Positions 36,900 to 45,043 of a stretch of DNA of 64,000 nt are shown in pieces. A program made the position numbers and the translations under genes. Numbering within the stretch: position 1 is the first letter of the stretch; every line of letters starts with the position of its first letter. Location of the stretch: the NCBI GenBank assembly GCA_964518875.1, contig CAZFHI010000008.1:1929-65928 (forward strand), read 5' to 3'. Source of the DNA: an uncultured Oscillospiraceae bacterium. GTDB taxonomy: Bacteria > Bacillota > Clostridia > Christensenellales > Aristaeellaceae. The notes beneath the pieces were generated by a model, which did not search any database, was not told the DNA's origin, and saw only the letters and a list, made by a program, of their open reading frames with translations.

Positions 36900-38690
36900 T
36901 TATTCCGCTTCAGCTATCGTATTGCCAAATTCCATTCCAGAGGCAAAGCACCAGATGAGGTATTCGGCGTAAGCGCCGTTGATGTTGCCCACAACTTCGC
37001 CTGCGGCATAAAGCCCCGGGACCGGCTGCTCGTTTACATCCAGCACTTCAAAGCTATCCGAAACGTTTACGCCGCCCAAAGATGTGGCATAGCGCGCAAC
37101 CGTTTGCAGAATATAGAACGGGCCGTCCGTTGACATTTCAGGAGTATTGGCGCGTTTAAAAGGATCTTTATTGCCGGCGGCTGCGTTTTCGTTGTAGTTC
37201 TTTACGGTTTCCGCAAGCTTTTCACCGTCAAGTCCCAATGCCGCAGCGGCTTCTTCAAGCGTGTCGCCCTTTACAAACTTGGTAACGCCTGCGCCGTTTT
37301 CTTCAAGCAGCTGCGCTATCCTGTCTTTTTTAAGCACGGTGTTTGCGTCCAAAACTTCTTCGCTTAAGTCGAAGCCTTCCTGATCCATTACAATATAGAG
37401 CCTGCCGTCTTTTGACTTGTACATTGAGGCAAGCGCTATATCAAGCTCGTCGCCGTCTTCATTTACAACGCGCTCGCAGTCGCTGTTTACCGCGATGGCG
37501 CCCGTCTTTTTAAACAGCTGCGCAACCAAATAGTGAATATGTATACCATAACCGGGTTCTGTTTCAACGCCAAAGTGCTTGGTCGCGAGTTTGTCCATGT
37601 TGAACATAGGAACGCCTATTTCTTTCATCATTATGTGCCCGTCGCCTGTTGCGCCAACAGGTCCGTAATATATTACGCGGTCAAGTATTGAAGTATCAGA
37701 AATAAGATCCGTGTTGTTGCCGTAGCCGCCCGTCGCCATAAGAACTTTGTTGGCGTTTATAGTAATTTTCTGGCCGTCCTTGCCCACAGCTTCAACGCCT
37801 GCAACAGTGTCGCCGTCCATAATTAAGTGTGTGGCGCGTGTGTTAAGCATAACGGGTATGTTTTCATCAAGCACGCGTTCATACACAGTGTTTACAGCCT
37901 TTACCGCTCTGCCTTCGCAGCCATAGTGAGCAATAGGCTCGCCTTCAACAGGCTCCCCTGTTATGCCTACGCCTTCGCTCTTAAGCCACTCAATAGTAGG
38001 CGTTGAAAGCCTTGCCTGCATCATGGTTAAGCGCGCATTGTTCTTGAACTTTCCTATTCTTGACAAATCTAAAAACAGTTCTTCTATGTTGCGTTCAGTT
38101 TCATCAGGGTCATCGGATACTACATATCCTGGCATGCCGCCCCCTGCCATGGCAGTCGCGCCGCCTATCGCGGGCATCTTTTCTATGACCAGGACGTCTT
38201 TAACGCCGTTTTCATTAGCGGACAGCGCCGCTGATAATCCCGCCGCGCCTGCGCCCACTATAACGACATTGCAGTCTATGGTTTCTTCAGGCTTGGCTTC
38301 TTCTGAAGCTTCTTTTTCAGCGAATATAACTTCATCCGTTCCGCCCGCTTCCTTAAGCGCAGCTTCTGCAGCGGCAAGAACAGCCTCGGAAGAAACGGTG
38401 CAGCCTGCAAGCGTGTCGACAGAGAGCGTCTGCTGCTCCACTATTGTTTCCGGCAGCTGCTCGATAGCGGTAGAGCCTATGCCGTCTGTTTCATTGGGGC
38501 CTTCAGCCTTAACAGAAATGATAGCGTCATCGCTTACTTCTACCGTAACCGTTACATCGCCGCCAAAGCCGTCCGCCGTTGCAGTATAGGTTCCCGCATT
38601 GTACTTGTTCTCTGCCAGCGCAGTACATGCAAGCATCATGCAGAGCGCTAACACAAGCGCCGTCAGTCTTTTGGTTCTAATCGTCAACAT
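36900..38690 (-). CDS. Secreted or lipid-anchored FMN_bind-domain + FAD-dependent oxidoreductase, divergent paralog of 15669-17534
   Basis: ATG at 38690 with RBS AAGGAGGGA; the ORF track extends to 38726. Signal peptide MLTIRTKRLTALVLALCMMLACTALA. FMN_bind-like module ending VDTLAGCTVSS. VVIVGAGAAGLSAA dinucleotide fold. Lacks the RGxGA and HGANRLGGN signatures of paralog 1. Confidence 0.7.
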   Translation of the reverse strand: MLTIRTKRLTALVLALCMMLACTALAENKYNAGTYTATADGFGGDVTVTVEVSDDAIISVKAEGPNETDGIGSTAIEQLPETIVEQQTLSVDTLAGCTVSSEAVLAAAEAALKEAGGTDEVIFAEKEASEEAKPEETIDCNVVIVGAGAAGLSAALSANENGVKDVLVIEKMPAIGGATAMAGGGMPGYVVSDDPDETERNIEELFLDLSRIGKFKNNARLTMMQARLSTPTIEWLKSEGVGITGEPVEGEPIAHYGCEGRAVKAVNTVYERVLDENIPVMLNTRATHLIMDGDTVAGVEAVGKDGQKITINANKVLMATGGYGNNTDLISDTSILDRVIYYGPVGATGDGHIMMKEIGVPMFNMDKLATKHFGVETEPGYGIHIHYLVAQLFKKTGAIAVNSDCERVVNEDGDELDIALASMYKSKDGRLYIVMDQEGFDLSEEVLDANTVLKKDRIAQLLEENGAGVTKFVKGDTLEEAAAALGLDGEKLAETVKNYNENAAAGNKDPFKRANTPEMSTDGPFYILQTVARYATSLGGVNVSDSFEVLDVNEQPVPGLYAAGEVVGNINGAYAEYLIWCFASGMEFGNTIAEAE

Positions 38691-38760
38691 AGCAAATCCC
38701 TCCTTAGAGCTTAATTGACAATACAATTGTAGTATAATACACTTTTAGTGATATGTATGT

Positions 38761-39477
38761 TTGTTTTCAGACAAAGAGGGGGATTTTTTGTTAAAAGCGC
38801 TGCCTATAATTAAAAAGACAAAATTATTTTCAGGGCTTTCAGACACTGAAATTGAATCTTTAATCGCTAAAATGGACAGCAGGATTATATCCTTTAAAAA
38901 AGGAGATATAATATATTCCGCAAGCGTCAAATCTAACGGTATATTTATAGTGCTTGAAGGAAGCGTGATTTTAGAAAAGAACGATATCTGCGGCAACCGC
39001 TGCGTAATATCCGACTTGTCAGTCTGCGGGATTTTTGGCCTTCCATATGCGGTGCTTCCAAACGCTTCAAGAATGATGGACGCCACGGCCGCCCAGGACA
39101 GTATAGTTTTGTTTCTTAACATTAACGCTGTTCTGCAGGATAATGAAATTATGGCGCGGTATCCGGATTTTTTACGCAACCTGCTTATAATTATCGCTTC
39201 AAAGCTTGCAAGCGAAGTAGAGCATCCTTACAAAAACCGCACCACGCGCATGAAGCTTTTGTCTTTTCTCTGCATGAAGGCAAGAAAAGCGGGGCGCAAA
39301 TCTTTTGACATAGTATTTACCCGCCAGGAATTAGCGGATTACCTCGGCGTTCAGCGCTCCGCCATGTGCACGGAGCTCGCTCGCCTTAAACAGGATGGTC
39401 TTATAGACTTTAACCGCAATCACTTTACTGTTTTTTTTGACGAGCCTTTTAATATTAAAAACAGCAGTCAAAAATAA
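38761..39477 (+). CDS. Crp/Fnr-family transcriptional regulator
   Basis: cNMP-binding-like N-domain (LFSGLSDTEIESL..., KGDIIYSA) and C-terminal HTH TRQELADYLGVQRSAMCTELARLKQDGLI. No N-terminal Cys cluster. Start is uncertain: TTG at 38761 per the track, or TTG at 38788 just after GAGGGGGA. Confidence 0.85.
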   Translation: MFSDKEGDFLLKALPIIKKTKLFSGLSDTEIESLIAKMDSRIISFKKGDIIYSASVKSNGIFIVLEGSVILEKNDICGNRCVISDLSVCGIFGLPYAVLPNASRMMDATAAQDSIVLFLNINAVLQDNEIMARYPDFLRNLLIIIASKLASEVEHPYKNRTTRMKLLSFLCMKARKAGRKSFDIVFTRQELADYLGVQRSAMCTELARLKQDGLIDFNRNHFTVFFDEPFNIKNSSQK

Positions 39478-39526
39478 AAGCGTAATTAAATTATATGCAT
39501 TAGCTTTTGTTTTATAAATAAATCAG

Positions 39527-40210
39527 TCAATATTTAAACTGCTTAAGCCTAATTTTTTGTTTGTCTGTAATCCTCCTGCTTTCAACGGCTTTCTGTATTG
39601 TTTTGTTATGCGTCCACCTATCCAGCTTTCGCTTTTCTATAAACGGGAGCACGGCGTCGTACTGTTTGGCAAGAGCTGTCGCAAAATACCACGCCTTCAT
39701 CATATTTACATAGTATTCTTCCGATCTTATTGACGCCGCCATTTCAGGATACCTGATGTTAAAATCCTCATCAAGGTAATGATCCATAAGCATTTTTACC
39801 GCAAACCTTACAGTATATGCGTCTTTTGACAGTATCCATTTTTCTATATATTTAATAAGCTCTTCTTTATGCTTTTTAAAAGACTTGGGCGACATTTGGT
39901 CGCACGTCGCCCAATTATCTATGTATGGTAAAAAGCGGCAAACTTTTTCTATACAGATATCAAAATTTTTAATTTCTGAAATAATGAATGCATGAAGCTG
40001 GTTTTCTTCAAAATATCTGTGAGGCAGCTTTTGCAAAAAGTCAGCGGCGCCGCCATTATTTAAAAGCTTTTTCGCGTATAGTCTTAGTTCTTTTGTCCTA
40101 ACGCCTATAATCCTGCTTTTGTCTATATTGGGGATCATTTTAATTTCAAAAGCGCGGTACGATTCATCCCGCATTTTAAAAAGCGCGCTTTCTATTTCTG
40201 TGTTTTTCAT
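39527..40210 (-). CDS. DNA alkylation repair protein, AlkD/AlkC-like HEAT-repeat family (PF08713)
   Basis: 227 aa. Helical repeat protein with YIDNWATCDQ and other features that I associate with the DNA alkylation repair enzyme family. 9 nt downstream of the kinase gene. Confidence 0.6.
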   Translation of the reverse strand: MKNTEIESALFKMRDESYRAFEIKMIPNIDKSRIIGVRTKELRLYAKKLLNNGGAADFLQKLPHRYFEENQLHAFIISEIKNFDICIEKVCRFLPYIDNWATCDQMSPKSFKKHKEELIKYIEKWILSKDAYTVRFAVKMLMDHYLDEDFNIRYPEMAASIRSEEYYVNMMKAWYFATALAKQYDAVLPFIEKRKLDRWTHNKTIQKAVESRRITDKQKIRLKQFKY

Positions 40211-40219
40211 TCTATACTG

Positions 40220-41197
40220 TTATTTATCGCCGCGTGAAGCCTTGCTTTGTGTTTCTTTAATAGGAAATTCCATTACAAAGGCTTTGGTATAGGGAGGCTC
40301 CATATGTTCAATATACAGCTTGCCGCCATGTTCATAAGTTATGTCATACGCTATGGACAGCCCAAGGCCGTACCCTCCGCCTTGGCTTCTGCTGTCGTCT
40401 AATTTTGCGAACGGCTTGAATATCTGCGCCTGCTGGTGCGCGGGTATTTCAGGGCCAGAATCCGCCACGTAAATGCGTATTGTTTTTTTTAAGCGCTTTT
40501 CGCATATTTCTGTTTTAACCAGCACTTCGCTGCCCTGAGGGCAATATTTGAGCGTGTTAAGCAGTATGTTTTCAAACGCGCGCTTAAAATGCGTTTCATC
40601 CAGCGAAAGCACTGCGTCATTAGAAAAATCGCATGAAAGGGACATTTTATTTTCTTCAAATTTATAATAATGCTCTGCAACTATGGCGCGCAAAAACGCA
40701 TTTAAATGTATTGGAACAATAAATTTTTTTCTGTCAGCAAGGCTGTTTTTAGCGTAGTCCATCATTTCTTCAAGCATTTTTTCCATATCCGCGGACTTCC
40801 TGTATATGGTTTCAGCGGCCCGTTCGATACCTTCCTCATTTGATATCTTTTTAGTTGCAAGCGCGCGGGAAAAACCCATAATGCTGGTAAGAGGCGTCCT
40901 TATATCATGTCCCATATCCGCCATAAGCTTCATTCGCTCTTTGACTAAAGTGTCGTTATACTGCTTTATGCGTCTTTTCATGCGCCTGGCAAAGCATATT
41001 ATAAACAGAACATGCAGCCCTATATCCGAAAGAAGATATAAAGCTATTTGAATTTGATCAGGATGTCCGCTCGCGTTTTTATCCGTAATCCATATAAAAA
41101 TGCTCTCCGCCAACATTGTAGCAAGCCCCAGCGCCAGCGTGTAAATTATAATGCTTTTTATTAAATAACCGCTCAGGTTTTTTGTGTCCCGTCCCAT
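40220..41197 (-). CDS. Sensor histidine kinase, intramembrane-sensing type (two TM helices with a ~13-aa loop, no obvious HAMP)
   Basis: 325 aa. H-box MGHDIRTPLTSIMGF. N, G1 and G2 blocks (LLNTLKY, DSGPEIP, GGGYGLGLSIA). The two TM helices are separated only by TDKNASGHPDQIQ. Confidence 0.9.
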   Translation of the reverse strand: MGRDTKNLSGYLIKSIIIYTLALGLATMLAESIFIWITDKNASGHPDQIQIALYLLSDIGLHVLFIICFARRMKRRIKQYNDTLVKERMKLMADMGHDIRTPLTSIMGFSRALATKKISNEEGIERAAETIYRKSADMEKMLEEMMDYAKNSLADRKKFIVPIHLNAFLRAIVAEHYYKFEENKMSLSCDFSNDAVLSLDETHFKRAFENILLNTLKYCPQGSEVLVKTEICEKRLKKTIRIYVADSGPEIPAHQQAQIFKPFAKLDDSRSQGGGYGLGLSIAYDITYEHGGKLYIEHMEPPYTKAFVMEFPIKETQSKASRGDK

Positions 41198-41850
41198 TTG
41201 TACCCTATTCCTCTGATAGTTTTTATTTTGTTTTCTCCTACCTTGTTTCTAAGTTTATTTACGCACACCCTTATCGCGTTGTCATTTACGGGGAAGCTTT
41301 CCCCCCAGCCCGCTTCATAGAGCTGTTCAAGGGTAAGCACTCTCCCTCCGCCCTGAATCAGCGCTTCAAGCAGGCGTGTTTCTGTGGCTGTCAATTCCGT
41401 AACACTGTCCCCATTTGTAATAGTGCATGAGGCAGGGTCAAAGCGCACACCGTCAGATACGATCATGCCTCTATACTCAGTCTGCCTATACGCGCGGCGC
41501 AGAAGAGCTTTCGCTCGAAGCAGCAGTTCTTCAGGATCAAACGGCTTGCAAAGATAGTCGTCTGCACCCGACTGAAAGCCCAGCGTCTTATCTTCAAGCA
41601 GCGTTTTAGCCGTTATAACTAGTATAGGCACGGATTTATCCAATCGCCTTATTTCATTCATAAGCTGAAAACCGTTAATGCCCGGCATCATAATATCTAT
41701 TACGGCTAAGGAAATAACGTTGCGCTTAAAGGCGTTCAGGGCTTCATTTCCGTCCTTCGCTGTTATAATACGCCCTAAATCCTTAAGGTACAGGCTGCAA
41801 AGAGAAAGAATATCAGTATCGTCGTCTGCTAAAAGTATGGTGTGCGCCAT
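41173..41850 (-). CDS. OmpR/PhoB-family response regulator
   Basis: 225 aa. Receiver (ILLADDD...VIDIMMPGINGF...ITAKT) and winged-helix output (LTATETRLLEAL...IKTIRGIGYKW). Confidence 0.94.
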   Translation of the reverse strand: MAHTILLADDDTDILSLCSLYLKDLGRIITAKDGNEALNAFKRNVISLAVIDIMMPGINGFQLMNEIRRLDKSVPILVITAKTLLEDKTLGFQSGADDYLCKPFDPEELLLRAKALLRRAYRQTEYRGMIVSDGVRFDPASCTITNGDSVTELTATETRLLEALIQGGGRVLTLEQLYEAGWGESFPVNDNAIRVCVNKLRNKVGENKIKTIRGIGYKWDGTQKT

Positions 41851-41859
41851 AGGTCCTCC

Positions 41860-43752
41860 CTATAAGAAATGGTATTGTCCAAAGCTTGCAAGCAGTATAA
41901 TAAGAAGTACAACAGCGGCCGATCGGCATATAAGCTTTGTTTTAATACGCTTATCACTGTACTTTTTGCTGTCCCGGACAGTTCTGAAAATAATATACAG
42001 CATTATAAGGCAGACCGCAATGCTGGATACCAGAAGGCAAGCCGTAAAGCCGTTTATCGCTTGCTTTGCGGGGCTTTCGTTTTCCGCTATATGATTAAGC
42101 CCGGCAAAATAGGCTGCGCTTATGGCTGCTCCTGAAAGCGTTAAAATAAACGGCGCGATGTCGCGCTTTTTATGGCGTTTTGCGTTAACTACGCGAATTA
42201 TAAGCTGTATAAACGCGGATATTATAAAGCCCGCCATAAGTATTATAAGCGTTAAAGCTAACAATAAAAACACATTGTAATTTTTTACAGGCGTTTTTTC
42301 AATAGGAATAAGCGAGTCGCCGTCTGTCCAGACAGTATCTACAATCCCGTCCCGCGTTTCAAGGTACAGCGTTTCAACCATTTCAGGGTGATTTTCCACA
42401 CGGTAAAAAGAGCCTGTTTCTCTTATTGCTTTAAGGCCCATATCGTCAGCGCCAAAAAAGCCTGCTATACGCATAAGCGCGGAAGTTAAAAACGCGTAAT
42501 CTCCTTCTGTTTTAAGGTGGTACGTGTTCACGTAGCTAAGCAAACTGTAATAAGGGAGGTTAAAAGCGTTGCGGCCTGATACATAGTATCCGCTCTGCGG
42601 CGCCGGCTTAGCGTCTGAAGGCATTTTTATTTTTTTAGATCCGCCCATTAGCAGGCGGTTTAACGAGGCGTTTACAGCGTTTGCGTAGGCGGTATTGCTA
42701 AGCAGCACATATCCTATATTTTGTTCGGGAACAACGCTTATCTGCGCCGTAAAGCCGTTTGTGTTGCCTGGATGCTGGTAGCCTTTCCCATTTTCCGCGT
42801 TCATAGTAAAAAGGCCGTGAGCGACGCCGTCCATTCCTTCAAGCGGCGCAAAGCTGTCTGAAAAAAGCATATCAAAAGTAGCTTGATTTTTAAAAATGCG
42901 CTTATCCCTGTTAAGCAGCGCAACGCCTAATTTCGCCAGGTCCTCCGCGGTTCCCCGAGCGGCGCCTGCAGGAACAAGCGCTACGCGCGACAAGCCCGTA
43001 TTAATAAAGCTCCCTGATTCATCAGGCATACTGCCTTCCGCCATTTTTGCGCTGCTGCCGTTTAATCCTGCCGAAGTCATTTTGAGAGGAACGAAAAAGC
43101 GCTCATTCAAATAATCTGAAAATGTTTTATGTGACACGCATTCCACTATGTATCCCGCTAAAGCGCAGCCGAAGTTTGAGTAAGCGGTTACGGTGCCCGG
43201 ATTAAAGCGCTGCACAGGGCAAGCCTTTATAAGCGCTTCTTTAAGAGGCGCTTCGGGCTCATTTTCTTTAAGTATCATATCAAGCGGAGCTTCCTCAAAC
43301 CCCGCGCGGTGATTCATTAAATCAAGCGTCGTTATCGGCCATTTTAATTTAAGCGCGCTGTAAAAGTCATTCGGAAGATAGTTGGAAATATCTTCATCTA
43401 ATTTAATCTTTCCTTCTTCAGCTAACTGCATAACGGACAGCCATACAAAAGTCTTTGTAACGCTGCCATATTCAAAGCCTGTTTTTTTAGCGTCTATCAG
43501 CCTTTTATTTGCGATGTCTTCCGCGCCAAATCCCTTTGAAAACAGTATTCCGTCATTTGAAAAAACGACTATGGCCGCCCCTAAAAATTCTTTGCCTGCT
43601 TTTTCCTTAAGCAGATTTTCCGCTTTTATCGCAAATTCTTCATTTGAAAGACCCGACGGCGTTTGCGCGTAAGCCATACTGGTCCCCATAGTAAGCACCG
43701 TCGCAAGCATAATGGCGACAGCTCTTAACACTCTTTTTGATGCAAATTTCAT
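41860..43752 (-). CDS. Beta-lactamase/PBP-fold serine hydrolase with four C-terminal transmembrane helices
   Basis: 630 aa. Signal peptide ...MAYAQ. Motifs SVTK (SxxK), YSN (YxN), HPGNTNG (HxG-like). Residues ~495-630 form 4 hydrophobic helices. First gene of the operon with the RR and HK. Confidence 0.75.
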   Translation of the reverse strand: MKFASKRVLRAVAIMLATVLTMGTSMAYAQTPSGLSNEEFAIKAENLLKEKAGKEFLGAAIVVFSNDGILFSKGFGAEDIANKRLIDAKKTGFEYGSVTKTFVWLSVMQLAEEGKIKLDEDISNYLPNDFYSALKLKWPITTLDLMNHRAGFEEAPLDMILKENEPEAPLKEALIKACPVQRFNPGTVTAYSNFGCALAGYIVECVSHKTFSDYLNERFFVPLKMTSAGLNGSSAKMAEGSMPDESGSFINTGLSRVALVPAGAARGTAEDLAKLGVALLNRDKRIFKNQATFDMLFSDSFAPLEGMDGVAHGLFTMNAENGKGYQHPGNTNGFTAQISVVPEQNIGYVLLSNTAYANAVNASLNRLLMGGSKKIKMPSDAKPAPQSGYYVSGRNAFNLPYYSLLSYVNTYHLKTEGDYAFLTSALMRIAGFFGADDMGLKAIRETGSFYRVENHPEMVETLYLETRDGIVDTVWTDGDSLIPIEKTPVKNYNVFLLLALTLIILMAGFIISAFIQLIIRVVNAKRHKKRDIAPFILTLSGAAISAAYFAGLNHIAENESPAKQAINGFTACLLVSSIAVCLIMLYIIFRTVRDSKKYSDKRIKTKLICRSAAVVLLIILLASFGQYHFL

Positions 43753-43817
43753 TACAAGTTCCTCCTGCCGTTTGATTTCGCTAAAAGCATATCACGCCAT
43801 TATTTCTAATCGATACG

Positions 43818-43839
43818 CTGAACATTAACTGAATATTAA
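43818..43839. promoter_or_regulatory. Tandem 11-bp direct repeat, candidate OmpR-type response-regulator binding site
   Basis: CTGAACATTAA CTGAATATTAA (10/11 identical, 11-bp register), 66-87 nt upstream of the hydrolase start codon. Confidence 0.35.
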
Positions 43840-43871
43840 CTTTTAAAAAAAGTAGTTTTTGCTTAGCGCAA

Positions 43872-43904
43872 TTAAAAAAACGGGGCCGCATTTGCAGTCC
43901 CGTT
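43872..43904 (-). terminator. Terminator of the ABC-2 exporter operon
   Basis: Minus-strand AACGGG-(14 nt)-CCCGUU followed by UUUUUUUAAUU, 12 nt after the permease stop. Confidence 0.5.
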
Positions 43905-43915
43905 CGCGCTGACAA

Positions 43916-45043
43916 TCATATAAACGTTTCAGCATTTTTCCCGCGTCTTAGAGAGAAAGCGCAAAGCGATATGCCTAAGACTATGAAGCCAATAAGCGCA
44001 ATAAAGCTGTCCGTTGTCGTAGAAATAGGTTTGCCGCTTATAAGCGAAAGGATCGCGGTGTTAGCCCAATAGTTAGGCGTAATCATGCCTATATTCTGCA
44101 AAAATTCAGGCATAAGCCATATGGGCCAGAAGCTTCCGCCAAGCATTGCAAATATTAAAGATATTGAGGAAGTAATACCTGAATAAAACCGGCTCGTGTT
44201 AGCGGCTAAGGACATAAAGATGCTGAAAAATATCCAGCATGTGCCGTGTAAAAGCCATAGCAGATATATAGGCCACGCTATATATGTAGGCACTATAAAG
44301 TTAGCGATGATAAAAATAGTAAACATATTAAATATTAATATTATCAGAGCCGTGAAAAACATAGCGTATATATAGTTAATGGACCTGATAGGCGAACACT
44401 TTATGCGGTTAAGCGTGCCGCCCTGCCTTTCAGATATTATAAGACTTCCTATTGAAAACATGCTTACGCTCAATACATAAGTTAAAAAGCCGTTCCCTAA
44501 CTGCAAGCCATTCGATGCATTGCTTCCAGTATTTTTTTCTTCGTACTTGACGCCGCTTGACTGCATTTCATTGTAATAAAGCATAAGCTTCTCCGGGTCA
44601 TCTGTGTTTTTTATTTCTTTCAGCTCAAGCAGCGAATTTATATACATGTTTACCCTGTTTTGCAGCATTGCGACTATCTCCTGCCCCTGCAAAACTCTTA
44701 TGGAAACCTTTGGGTTTTCTCCGTCCATTACGCTTTTTTCAAAGCCTTCAGGTATTATAAGCAAAGCGTCCAGCGAATTTTCCAAAAGCTTGGAGTCAAG
44801 ATTATCTTCTTCGCTCATATCTTTGTATAAAATCGAGCTGCTTTCAGTAGATGAAACGAGATCCTTTGAAAGAATAGTATCGTCCTTATCTACCAGGCCT
44901 ATACGCCATTTAGCTTCGCCGCCCTGAGGGTTGAATACTGTAAGGCTCAGCGCGAGCAACAGCACGGGAAGTATAATCGTTATGAAAAGTCCGCCTTTGC
45001 TGCTTAATATAAGGCGAATATTGTTTTTTACAATCTGAAGCAT
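43916..45043 (-). CDS. ABC-2-type exporter permease (second of two)
   Basis: 375 aa. N-terminal TM helix, large extracytoplasmic loop, five C-terminal TM helices. 1-nt overlap with the preceding permease. Confidence 0.78.
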   Translation of the reverse strand: MLQIVKNNIRLILSSKGGLFITIILPVLLLALSLTVFNPQGGEAKWRIGLVDKDDTILSKDLVSSTESSSILYKDMSEEDNLDSKLLENSLDALLIIPEGFEKSVMDGENPKVSIRVLQGQEIVAMLQNRVNMYINSLLELKEIKNTDDPEKLMLYYNEMQSSGVKYEEKNTGSNASNGLQLGNGFLTYVLSVSMFSIGSLIISERQGGTLNRIKCSPIRSINYIYAMFFTALIILIFNMFTIFIIANFIVPTYIAWPIYLLWLLHGTCWIFFSIFMSLAANTSRFYSGITSSISLIFAMLGGSFWPIWLMPEFLQNIGMITPNYWANTAILSLISGKPISTTTDSFIALIGFIVLGISLCAFSLRRGKNAETFI

